Positions 52,724-64,000 of a stretch of 64,000 bases of DNA are shown piece after piece. The stretch's first letter is position 1, and every line of letters starts with the position of its first letter. The stretch is from Felis catus (taxonomy: Eukaryota). The DNA lies in NCBI RefSeq assembly GCF_018350175.1, contig NC_058368.1, positions 53,446,001 through 53,510,000 of the forward strand. The letters run 5' to 3'. The position numbers and the translations under genes were made by a program. The notes under the pieces were generated by a model. That model searched no databases, had not been told where the DNA came from, and saw nothing but the letters and a program-made list of their open reading frames with translations.

Positions 52724-54190
52724 GTGCTCAGTAAACTGTGTCTATGACTATTGTGATCAGTCAAAACATAAAAATTTCTATCAGTTAGTAAATTGTCATG
52801 GATTTAGTTATTTTCCCACTCTTTTTGGGGGGGAGGGTAGCATTAAGAACTCAAAAGTAAACTAAGGCCCCTGAGGTGGCTATCAGAACTCACCTTTTTT
52901 CCTTTATGTTCCTTCTCAGCCTTTCTTCTCATTTCTCTGTTGTTCCTGGGATTCACCCTCTGTCTACTTCTTATCACTTACGAGATGGTGTGTTGGGAGA
53001 TAATGCCAAGTCCTCTTCTTTCTCCCATCTCAAAGCTTGTCCCGTAATAATTTTCTGTGTCCATTCCACCAGCAGTAGTGTTGTTAGCATAGCTTTCCCC
53101 CAGCTCTTTGCCTTTTGAAGGCCCCCTTTGGCTCCTTTTTATGAAGCCTTTTCCCTGGTTTCTTTAGGGTAAGGCCTAGGAGAATGATCAGGAGTGCCTT
53201 TATTTATTGTTTTAATAAGTTTTCTTACAAGTAACCTATACATTTAAATGCTATTCTACAGTTGATAAAATGCATAATTTCAACAAATCATATTTATTTA
53301 AACATTGATTTCTAATTGAATGAATGCTCAAATGCTCCTAAAATATTCGGTACAGTCACATAGTAAAATGTCAGCTTCCCTTATGTGCTTCAGACACTTG
53401 TTATGCACCTATATTATCAAATTGATTTAAAAAATTAAAACTGGATTTAATGTGTTTTTGCTTTATTTTTAAACTTACTGCCTCCCAGAGTTTCAGTAAT
53501 CTTATCAGACCTTGTCTGTGTTCAGACCAGATTAAGGTTTTGGCTATTAATCAGTTGATTCTTGGGTGAGACCTTATTGCATGGATTCTAAGATGATTAA
53601 AACTAGAGCCATTGTAAGAATAGCCCCCTGGCAGATTCTTTTTATAATTTCATTTCAAAAGTTGTGGTGTGGATTCCCACGATGAGCAGAAATCTGTTAA
53701 GGTGTTATGGACCATACAAATATAAAGAGATGATGTAGGAGTAGATGATGTAGAAGTTACTACTAGAGAACCTCAAAAGAGTTGAAGTTAGATATGTCCA
53801 TTGGTTATGGTTATATTAGTAATAGAACTAATTACTGCTATTCAAATAGGATTTCTCATCTTAGTCACAGAACACAAAATGATTTGAGGACTGTTTTTTC
53901 AGTTCTCCTAAGCTTAATAAATTTGTGTATTCTAAATTTATAAAAAAGAAGGTAGTCTAATCCATTATATGCAACCTATGCCCTAGGGGTATTAGCTCCT
54001 AATTCTCCCATAGTAGCCCTAGTTGGGAGGGGGTTGATTATCTAGTAATTAACTCCAGTTAATGTGATGAGGGATGAGGTAGGGAACTTAAATTCAAAGA
54101 CTAGAGGTGCTCAAAGCTTTGTAAGGTATATACTAGCATCAAGTTTGATCACCAGGACTGTTTAGTTTCCCTTTATAATAGCGCTACTGA

Positions 54191-54350
54191 AAGGTACCTG
54201 ACTGGCTCAGTCAGAAGAGCATGTGACTCTTGATCTCAGGGTTGTGGGTTCGAGCTTCACATAGGTGTGGAGATTACTAAAAAAAAAATAATAAACTAAA
54301 AAAAAAAAAAAAAAACCCAAAACCATAAAATGTGCCTTTAAAAAAAATAA
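54191..54350 (+). mobile_element. Older short Can-SINE (tRNA-derived)
   Basis: CCTGACTGGCTCAGTCAGAAGAGCATGTGACTCTTGATCTCAGGGTTGTGGGTTCGAG plus A tail. Confidence 0.85.
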
Positions 54351-56942
54351 AGTACTGCTACTGAGTTAAGGTTAATGTCATGCCTTTAGTGTATACTGAG
54401 AATTGATACAAGAAAAGGATTTTTAAAGATCTTTTGTATAAAGTAATAATGGCAGCCATTCATTGAGTACTTACTATGTTCCAAGCAGAATTCGTTACCA
54501 ACATGAAATTCTTGACCCCCTACCTGTATCAGTGATGCTCATGACAATGCAGCCATTATATTGACGATGAAGCTAAGAATAAAAAAAAGTCTAATAACTT
54601 GCTCCACATCCCATAGTTTGTATGTGAATTAGAAACTAGCTTGGTCCCAGTTCAGTGCATGTTCTCTTGGTTCTATACTGCCTCTATGACACTGCATTTT
54701 GACTTTTATTATAATGCTCCAAACAATAAATTCCCTGTGGAGCTCAGTGCTGAGAGAAAGGGTTTCTCCTAAAAACCTGTTTTATTTTATTAGGCAATAA
54801 GTAATTTATAAATCATACTGCAGCTTTTCTTTTTGTTTCTGAGTTGCCATGAACCTCAGATTTAATGTAAATATCTTTAGCCAATTCTGGTATTATTTCT
54901 GTCTACGGCTTTTGATCTTTTTATTATTTGTTTGAAAATGCATATGTGTTTTGTTAAAAACTAACAACTCTTTTTGAAAGTAGACAGGATGTAAACAATA
55001 AAATGCTGGTGTTACATTAATAAAATAAAATTAGATAAATTCCTATTGTCAGTTAATTTATTTTTCAAAATTTGATTTTTGCATCCTGTGATTGGCCAGT
55101 CAACATGATGGATTTATTCATTAAAAAACCCAACTTGGCTCAGCCCTGCGACTCTTGGTATTTTAAACATTTTTGCTCACTCAGTAATGAGTTCAAAAGC
55201 TTATTAGTTTATCCTTTTTACGTAGTGGACTTTACAAAGTCTCTCTTTGATTTCAAGGTGAAGGTAATTATATTTTTTACCCAGAAGTAAATAAAAACTA
55301 ACTTTGGTAAATATTTTTGGTGAAGAATGATGATGTTCTTTCTGGTTGTCTCTTGCCTGTTAGTATTATTTATTAAATATATTCTATAATATATTTAAAT
55401 ATTAGTTAAATATTGCTTTGCTTCTTTATTTCTTTTCGTTCTTATAGACTCTAAAACCCATATGAAAATCTTTTATTTATAATTAGTAATCACTTGATTA
55501 AAAAATATAGTGCAGTCCTACTTTACAAGCTATGTTTTCCTAATTTTTTAGCTCTCCTTTGTACTTATTTTAATGATGTAGGAGTCTGGAATTTGCATCT
55601 ATAATGACACTTTAAAAATTTAATCTCTGAAATTTTTGAAACTCTAAGCTGAGAATTTAGATTATAGTTGATTTATTAATTATAAATACTTCCTATGGAA
55701 ATATTTAAGGTTTTAAAAATAGATTTAGATAATCTTTAGTACATTTGCATCCTCCGTAGTGATATTTTTATTACAGTTTATAAGCATTTTGGTTATTCCC
55801 AAACCTATAGGATTTTTAAAAATGCTTCTGTGGAAAATACCAACGGATAGTTGGAAATAATTATCAAAAAAAGTTGGAGGTAGATACTTTTAATTTCAGA
55901 CTTGAGGGCAAGTCTCCATTTGATAAAATCATTTTTAGTTAAATCAGATTCAGTTTGGAGACCAATGGAAACAGAGTAGATAAAACAACGTAATTTTTAA
56001 TAGTTTTAGACTAGGTTATATTACTTTCAACAAACAACTATTTGCAACACTGTTTAATGCTAAAGGGTCATAGAGAAGAATTATCTGAAGCAACTCTGAA
56101 GAAAATTAGTTTGACTTTTTACAAAATTTTTTTTCAGTAATTAAAATCATGACGTCCAGAGTCTAATCAAGGAAAAGATAGCCGTGTTCATTGTCATCAA
56201 ACTCTCCCTTCCCATCTGCCTGTTCATATTCTCATTTTACAGAACATATAAAACTGTCTACCGTGGTCACTAATAGGAACTGTTGAAATGCCACTTCAAG
56301 GTTCATTTAGCTGTTCTCAGCTCACTGTTGAGAGCTGAATACTGGAGCATCTAGTTTGAAAATAAAAAGAGTCTAATGAGTTGGGGGTCTTTATGTGCCT
56401 AGTATTCTTGGCAGTGATTAACAGTAGGGGGTGTACAGAAGGTCAAAAGCTCTTCTTTTTAGAGGTCAGCCGAACATCCCCATCTGATAAGATTAAACTA
56501 ATGTGGCTTTTGGTGTTAATATCTAAAGCAGCGGGTTGCTGTAGTGTGTTTGGGATGGTAGTTGTGGCTTTGAGAGATTATGAAGAAAGAACCGACACGT
56601 GAACTCTTTAATGAGAAAGTTGGCTTCAGATACATAGAATTTACCTTTCTTTCTTACAAGCATCTTGAAACTGATTTTTGTTTCTAAAATACTTTGTATA
56701 AGTTTGTTAGCTATTGTATAAAAGATTTTAAAGAGTTTTTTCTCCTCAAGTAACTATGTATTTATTACATAATGTATTAAGTAATTATGTATGTATTACA
56801 TAATGTATTAGGCATTTTTTTTTTCTCTTTGTGTTAAGTGCTAGAGATTATTTGAGGTACATGATTCTGAAATTGAGGCTGATCTTTCATTTTCAAATTC
56901 AGGTACATAAATATGGTTAATATATTTATGTTCACTCCATAG

Positions 56943-57009
56943 TTTTCTGATTATTTTACTGGATATTTCAATGGACAGTATTGGCTTTGGTGGATATTTC
57001 TTGTACTTG
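56943..57009 (+). CDS. NDFIP2: NDFIP2 exon 6 (67 nt)
   Basis: Acceptor ctccatAG, then FSDYFTGYFNGQYWLWWIFLVL, donor TTG|GTAAGT. Confidence 0.97.
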
Positions 57010-59274
57010 GTAAGTTTATTCTTAATTAAATTTCAGTTTAATTTACATTTAGTTTAACTTTGACATTTTCCCAAATTGTAAGATGTAAACCCATTGTGTT
57101 GGAACTTAGGTGGTAATAATTTTTCTGTTGTAAAGTTCTCTGTCCTAGCACTTAAATCATCTAAGCTATTTGGGTAATTATACATAGCACTCTAGATTTT
57201 GGATTTAAAATCCAGAGCCTGTCGATTTAAAAAATCAGTGGTTGGATGATAATTAAATATATAAAACTTGAACACCCTAAAATGATTTTAAAAAATGTCT
57301 TCGGCATTTATCTTGGAAAATATACATGCATAATTTCTTTTAACGATCCTAGGAGATGTTGAGAGTAGGATAGTTGTTCTATGCATTTTACTTATTTTTG
57401 GAACATTGAAACGTTCTTTATACTTTTGAAACATACCCTGCATTAATCATTAATCAGCCAGGCAGAAGACTTCATGCCTAACGACCCCAGTACTTCTGTT
57501 GAGTTTTCTTCTTATAAGGCATGTCTTTTTATTAATATTGATGAATTTTATGGATTTCCAATTTTTGTTGCCTGGTGATTTTCACTTTAGATGTATGATA
57601 AGTTAATCTTAAAATCACATGATGCCTTTAATCCACATTTCAGATTTATTTACTGGCGTGAAGAATATACTGAAGTTTAAAAGCCCACATTTCTCTAGGA
57701 ACATTATTGTACCAGAAAATAATAGCATTTCAGTAGGTGGCAGTGTTCTCATTGAGTTTTTGTTTAGTCCTGCTATTGGATCTTTAGGATCTTTATGGAA
57801 ACAAATTCTTGCGATCAGATAAGGTCACTAAAGATCCTGTATTCTTTAATAATTAAGTGAAATTATTCTGCTGTTGTGATTTTGTTAGGGAGCCAGACTC
57901 TTACGAGGGTTTAGGCAGTTTTTCTGCATTGTTAATTGTGTTCTGACTGCCTGAATTCTGTGACCGTTATTGAACTACTTATTTAACAGTGCAAAAAATA
58001 TATAGTCTATTAGATATTTAAGCATATTAGGTGAGTATAGTTGCTTCTGAATATATTACTAATGATTGGACCTTAGGAAGACAACTATAGGCCTGAGTGG
58101 AATGCAGAGGATGACCTCATTTCCACGTCAGAACCATAATCTATCTAGCATTTAGGGAAATACGAAAATTTAATCCATGATGAAAGTGTTGCTCACATAT
58201 ACTCAGAAGAATGTTGAGTACATTGTAGAACACTGAGAAATGATAGCTGCTGAATGATTGATTGGTTTCTAGGTATGAATTGGCTTATTTTAGAAAATGG
58301 TTGAGCAGAATAAAATATGTCTTAGAAACAGCAGTTTTCATAGACAAAAGAGGGATTTCACAAATAATTTTGGTTTACATTATTCAATAATGCTTTTACA
58401 TTTGGATCACAATAGCATTATCTTTGAACAGCATCTGCAAGAGCATGAGGTGGAATTCAGAGTGGGAGTCACAAATGGAAGGAGTTAGGATATGGGAAGC
58501 AGATGTGATCAGATTTAGCTGAAATTTATACCAGTTGTTTAAGTCATTATTTGTGTATCTTCTATCTTTTTCGTCTATTACAACCATGCTCTTTTTTAGT
58601 ACTTTGGTTACTGTCTTGCATTTGGGGTACGAGTTTAGTTTGGAACTTTGCATTTGTATATATTTGCTATATGTATATATATCTTCTGTTTTTGTTTTGC
58701 ATCCCCTCCCATTACTAGTTAAATATTTACTGAAGTTAGTAAATGTTTCCCTTAGAATTCTATGCGTAATAAGTGTATCAGAGAATTTACTAATAATGCT
58801 AATGCTTTTTGTGGTTAACTAATATTTTTCATCTGAAACTTTGAAGCATTTCACAGGCAATGCTTGCTCTCCTTCAATGACTAAGGAGACCTGTTAGCAA
58901 ATGGCTGTTATTTAAAATTCCTATTACAGAGAATACTAAATAGATATAGTAAGATCTATCCCAAATCATTTAAGAAATCACTAGAGTGGTTGCTTCATAA
59001 GTCTTTCCTGATTCTTCTTATGTAAATTTGTATTATAAATTAGTCTTATTATTACTTGAAAATAAGAAGTAATAATTAAAATTATTTATGTAACACACAT
59101 GTCTTCAAATACAGATTTCACAGATGACAGGCACTTGATATTGCTAGACAGGCTTCTTGGTTTTATCCCACAGTTGTTAGCAAATTACACGCATATATTC
59201 CTTCTTGAATACTTCATATTAGCAAATATGTCTTAAGTTTGCTTAGTAGTTGTATTAATTGAAAAGTTTTATAT

Positions 59275-59396
59275 GGGGGTGCCTGAGTGGCTCAGCCAGT
59301 CAATCTGACTTCAGCTAGGTCATGATCTCATCATGTATCTTGAATTCAAGCCCCGTATCATCAGGCTCCGTACTGAACATGACAGCCTTTTTGGGA

Positions 59397-59455
<59 letters not shown>

Positions 59456-59528
59456 TCTCTTGCTTGCTCTCTCTCAAAATAAATAAATAAAATTAAAAAC
59501 CCAGAAATTTCTTTAAAAACAAAAAAAA
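59275..59528 (+). mobile_element. Can-SINE with (CT)n 59402-59460
   Basis: TSD-like GAAAAGTTTTATAT and GAAAAGTTTCATAT. Confidence 0.9.
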
Positions 59529-59903
59529 GAAAAGTTTCATATAAAAGTGGGATTTCTGTGAGTTGAATCACATTAAATGCATTAGGTAGCTTTTCTATTT
59601 AAAGAAATGGAATAAATGTATATTTTTTTTATAATTGTGGATTTTCATGGCTGGATTTGCTTTACTTTAATTTAGATACATCTGGACTTAACAAATTGAA
59701 AGAATTTTTGGGAGGCAGTAAACTTTTATTAAATTTTTCTAAGATGGAATTATCATTATAATGTAAAATAGGTTATGGAATGAATGGAATTTTACAGATT
59801 AAATTCTTTAAGCCGAGAGGATCTTGTTTATAATTGTCTATTTTAAATTTGTGGTACCCCCTCTGTATAAGAACATAATGTATCTGTGATTTTAACCTCC
59901 CAG

Positions 59904-60007
59904 GCCTGCTTCTTTTCTTCAGAGGATTTGTTAATTATCTAAAAGTCAGAAACATGTCTGAAAGTATGGCAGCTGCTCATAGAACAAGGTATTTCTTCTT
60001 ATTATAG
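59904..60007 (+). CDS. NDFIP2: NDFIP2 exon 7 coding part (TAG 60005-60007; exon ends 60009)
   Basis: Acceptor cctcccAG, then (G)LLLFFRGFVNYLKVRNMSESMAAAHRTRYFFLL*, donor GAG|GTAAGA two nt after the stop. Confidence 0.97.
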
Positions 60008-60674
60008 AGGTAAGAAATCTTAACATATTAACTGTTCCCTTCATGTATTCATATTCACCAGATGCATATTGTTTGCACTCATATTGTTTGCTTAAATTTA
60101 GCATATTTAATATATTGATATACTGTTAATCAACTAATGAAAATTTAATAAGTTGTGAACTTTTTAAAATAGATTTTAAAAATTGAATTTCTTTGGAAAT
60201 TTCAATTTTTTAAATATATAATGAATAAGCAAACTTTAAGTCAGACTTTTTACACTTCTTTTTAAAAGATTAACCACAGGATGTAACCATTAGCACAAAA
60301 TTTAAAAGGTCGGAAAAATAGGACAAGGCACTTACATAGAAGGGATGGGCACTTTGTATAAAACAATGTGAAAGTCACACATGTGTTGAAGAAAACAAGA
60401 AACAAATTTGTGATTGAAAAGTAATTTTCTGTGCACTGATCTTAACAAACTAGATCGGAGAGTAAAAGTTGTGTGAAGAAAATAGGAGCTCTGATATTGT
60501 TTACTTGAAGTGTGTCAGTTTATACTAATAATGAAGGCTTCAACTTGGATAAACGGGAATAAAGAAACGAGCAGGGATTTCTTACTAGTTATCCAGTGAG
60601 TTTCTGGAGGCTGTGTGCAACCAGTAGTATCTTCACCTGAAGGGATCTTGTATCTCTATTTTCTATAATAGATT

Positions 60675-61740
60675 CTTTTTTTATTGAAATACAGGTAACA
60701 TACAATATTGTATTAGTTTCATGTGTATAATACAGTGATTTGACATTTGTATATTTTGTGAACTGGTCATCACAGTAAGTCTAGTTATCATCTGCCACCA
60801 TACAAAGTTAATACAGTATTATTGACTGTATTCCCCATGCTGTAAATTACTTCCCCATGACTTACTTGTTTTGTAACTGGAAGTTTGTACCTCTTGATCC
60901 GCTTCACTCATTTTGCCCCCCTCACTCCAAAACTCCTTCCCCTTTGATAGCCATCACTCTGTTCTCAGTATCTATGAGTCTGGATGTTGTTTTATTGTGT
61001 TTGTTTGTTTGTTTGTTTGTTTTTTGGTTGCATTTATAAGTGAAATCATGCAGCATTTGTCTTTCTTTGACTTATTTCACTTAGCATAATACCCTCAAAG
61101 TCCATCCATGTTGTCACAAATGGCAGTATCTTTTTTGTGGCTGAGTAGTATTACATTTTACACACACACACCCACCCACCCACCCACATCTTCTTTATCC
61201 ATTCATCTATCGATGGGGACTTAGTTTCCATATCTAGGCTATTGTAAATAATGCTACAGTTAACAGAGGGGTCCATATATCTTTTTGAATTACTCTTTTC
61301 ATTTTCTTCACACAGATAGCCAGAAGTGGAATTGCTGGATCATAGGGTAGTTCTACTTTTAATTTTTTGAAGAAGCTCCATGCTGTTTTCCAGCATGGTT
61401 GCCTTAATTTACTTTCCCACCAACGGCTCACAAGGTTTCCCTTTTCTTCATGTCCTTGTTAACACTTGTTTCTTACCTTTTTGATTATAGCCATGCTGAC
61501 AGGCGTGAGGTGATAATCTCATTGTGATTTTCATATGCGTTTCCCTGATGTATAGTGATGTCGGGCATCTTTTTCGTGTGCTTGATGGCCATCTGTATGT
61601 CTTTGGAAAAATGTCTATTCAGATCCTCTGTTTATTTTTTGATTGGATTGTTTGGTTTTTCAGTTATTAAGTTATACAAGTTCTTTATTTTGGATATTAA
61701 CTCCTTATTGAATATATGGCTTACAAATATCTTTTCCCTC
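60675..61740 (-). mobile_element. L1 3' fragment in intron 7
   Basis: ORF-track peptide [17 protein letters not shown] is degenerate L1 ORF2 C-terminus. Confidence 0.9.
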
Positions 61741-62063
61741 TATACTATTTTTAAAACAAGCACCATATACTTCATGTCTATAATTGATTTGAACTTTTAA
61801 AGTATTTGAACTCCATAAGCAAAATGTCTGCTAAAACACTTAGCTTCTGTATCTGTCTATAAGTACAAAACGTTCCAAAGTTACTATAACTAAATATCCT
61901 TTTTATAAATAAATTGTATGGTTTTTTTATTTGAGCGCTTAAACTTTATAACATGAGTTTTACATTATCTAATATAATTTACTTATTTCTGCTGAAGAGT
62001 AGAGTGAATGTAGTTGTATTTCTGGATAATATTAAAGTATACTTTTAAATGTTCTTTTACCTC

Positions 62064-62281
62064 GGGGCGCCTCGGTGGCTCAGTTGGTTAAGTGTCTGAC
62101 TTAGGCTCAGGTCATGATCTCACAGTTCGTGGGTTCAAGTCCTGCATCGGGCTCTGTGCTGACAGCTTGGAGCCTGGAGCCTGCTTCAGATTCTGTGTCT
62201 CCTCCTCTTTCTGCCCCTCTCCCGCTTGTGCGTACGCGCGCTCTCCCTTTCTCTCTCAAAAATAAACCAGCATTTTTAAAG
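62064..62281 (+). mobile_element. Can-SINE
   Basis: TSD AATGTTCTTTTACCTC at 62048-62063 and 62282-62297. Confidence 0.93.
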
Positions 62282-62983
62282 AATGTTCTTTTACCTCTAC
62301 CTAGAAGAGGTCAATTTTCTCTTTAGCCACTAAAATGTCTTTGCAAGAAATAACATTGAGTGTATTGTGATTATCTTGTTTGCATTTTCAAGAGTCTATA
62401 ATATACATATTTTCTAGATGGTTTTTTATAGAAGCTTAAATGTTGAAATATATTCTGATATATGCTGTTTTATGTCATCTTTACCAAAAGAGCATTATAT
62501 ACTTGATGTACTACTGCTATAAAATGGGTTTTTGTACTATCATTTAGATATTTGCATTTTAATATACTTTAAGACTAATTCTTTCTTTGTCCCTAGACTA
62601 CATCGACCAGACATTCTTTTCTTATATCAATGTGAAATTTCCAGATCATCTGTAAACCTACAACTTTAATAGAATAGAAGACTACTAAAAGCAGAAGACA
62701 AATTAGTGAAGAAAAGATAGATCTTCAAGATTGAATGGCAGGGTGGTTTATGCTTAAAGGCCAATTCTGTTCATTCTCTTAAATATTTATATTTCATTCG
62801 TTTTGCACATTTGCATATGTGCCCATTTAAAAGATTTGCATATACTTGAAAGAGACCGTAAAGTTGTATCAGTAAAGTCCAGTCATATTTGGTCAATCGG
62901 TGTTTGGTATAATTGAAAGAGCTGAGTAAAAAACAGTCTTCCAGCATGTAAATGCCATTGACTTTTGACCTGACATTTAGTAT

Positions 62984-62989
62984 AATAAA
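62984..62989 (+). terminator. Candidate proximal polyadenylation signal AATAAA
   Basis: Canonical hexamer in the 3' UTR exon; use not demonstrated. Confidence 0.4.
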
Positions 62990-63548
62990 ATGAAATTATT
63001 AACCATGTCAAATGCTTTATAGTTTCTGGCTTCTAGATTTATCTAGTAACTCTACACATGGAACATCCTTTGTTATATATAGGTTTTTGAAACCCGCAGT
63101 GCTGATTATAGAAAAGCTTTGTCAGATTTGTGAACATGATATTTACATTATTATTTAGCATATTCTTTCTGTAAATAACCATGCATAAATTACTTTCTGC
63201 ATTGTTTTAGAAACTGTCTGGATATCTTTTAATTTAAAATTAAGTGAACTTAATATATAGAGAAAATTTGGGTGTTAAAGATAGTTTGTTTTAGGACAAA
63301 TTTTAAGCAAATGTGGGTATTCCACATGTCCTTTATAAAAAAAAAAATCTTCCTGTTTTTTTTTCTTTTTAAGGGACATGCCAGTTTTAGGGACTCTAAA
63401 TTGAGAAGCTTGGTTTTTAGCATTGCCATCTTAGAGATTCTTGGAGGAAGAGATTGTATTAGATGTTCTATTTATTTCATTTAAGATGTTTTTGAAAGTT
63501 AATTTTCTGAATAAGATACTCTCATTTGCATTTGTCTTTTAAAAAGCC

Positions 63549-63554
63549 AATAAA
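63549..63554 (+). terminator. Candidate polyadenylation signal AATAAA
   Basis: Canonical hexamer followed about 25-50 nt later by T/GT-rich sequence. Confidence 0.5.
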
Positions 63555-64000
63555 AGTATCTTTCAATTATGATTGTAATAATTTTTTCTTTGGAGGTTTA
63601 GTTTGTTAAACGAAGCAAATCAGAACTTGTACTAGTAGCTTCTTGCTTTGATTATAGGATTAACCTATTAAAATCCTATCTTGAATTGAGATATGCAGAC
63701 TAATCTGTCTTCAAGTTATGGAAACGTGTGGAATATGGGGGTGTGGTGTGTGTGTGTGTGTTGCAAGAATATGTGTGTCTGTGACCATTATTACAACTGG
63801 AATCTACATTCATAAGCTACTGCCATTTTGCAAATCATTTTATGTCTCATCTGTTTTCTTTTTAGTTATATTTTTGCTTTTGAATGCCAACATTAAAAAT
63901 GATGGAAATTATATCCTCTTTTCAACTTAAAAATCATTTAATATGGATATATAGAACATACAAAATTGGTTGCTCGTTTATTATTTGACGCTGACTACTA

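Larger units (their letters stand above)
2950..64000 (+). other. NDFIP2: NDFIP2 gene span (8 exons; 3' end probably beyond the window)
   Basis: The spliced ORF is 273+157+134+94+125+67+104 = 954 nt including TAG. It translates to a protein matching mammalian NDFIP2 as recalled (MDHHQPGTGRYQV...PPPYSSITVEVPTT...PPPYSVATSLPTYDEAEKAK...VGNDGIFMLAFFMAFIFNWLGF...HRTRYFFLL). All introns are GT-AG. Confidence 0.97.
62597..64000 (+). other. NDFIP2: NDFIP2 exon 8, 3' UTR
   Basis: Branch-like GACTAAT and ctttctttgtccctAG acceptor at 62595-62596. Followed by AU-rich sequence with no recognised interspersed repeats and with poly(A) signals. Confidence 0.85.

Noticed and set aside
55373..55398. AT-rich hairpin TTAAATATATT-CTAT-AATATATTTAA
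   Set aside because: Low-complexity context makes it likely by chance; too short for a miRNA precursor.
4606..62281. SINE orientation skew (about 13 antisense vs 8 sense)
   Set aside because: Small numbers; mild antisense bias is usual in introns.
60005..62596. Intron downstream of the stop codon as an NMD trigger
   Set aside because: The junction is only 2 nt after the TAG, far below the 50-55 nt rule.
1..64000. CRISPR arrays, operons, snoRNA/rRNA genes or intact viral ORFs
   Set aside because: None seen by eye; the repeats are dispersed retroelements or simple tandem repeats. A covariance-model search would be needed to exclude small RNAs fully.

Overview
This is a mammalian (felid) genomic window, judged from cat-type Can-SINEs and L1 3' ends. 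It holds one + strand protein-coding gene, NDFIP2 (Nedd4 family-interacting protein 2). A CpG-island promoter at about 2.6-3.3 kb is followed by seven coding exons (2950/3184-3222, 32415-32571, 38531-38664, 43998-44091, 52229-52353, 56943-57009, 59904-60009) and a 3' UTR exon starting at 62597 that probably runs past the window. All introns are GT-AG with consistent phases. The product is 317 aa from ATG 2950 or 239 aa from ATG 3184, with PPPY, PPPY and LPTY motifs and a hydrophobic C-terminal membrane region. The rest is ordinary intronic DNA with SINEs, L1/L2/MIR, LTR and DNA-transposon fossils and microsatellites. I see no demonstrable new biological system. The best leads are: (1) exons 2-3 form a 291-nt phase-0/0 cassette holding all PY motifs, bracketed by a near-identical inverted SINE pair, so a circle would have a stop-free ORF; (2) an in-frame 23-codon ORF at the start of the 3' UTR exon is reachable by an alternative donor or by readthrough; (3) a micro-inversion lies between two head-to-head SINEs; (4) an old ~265-bp direct duplication flanks exon 5. 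Repeat subfamily names and comparisons to human NDFIP2 come from memory, not from a search, and repeat boundaries are approximate unless TSDs are quoted.
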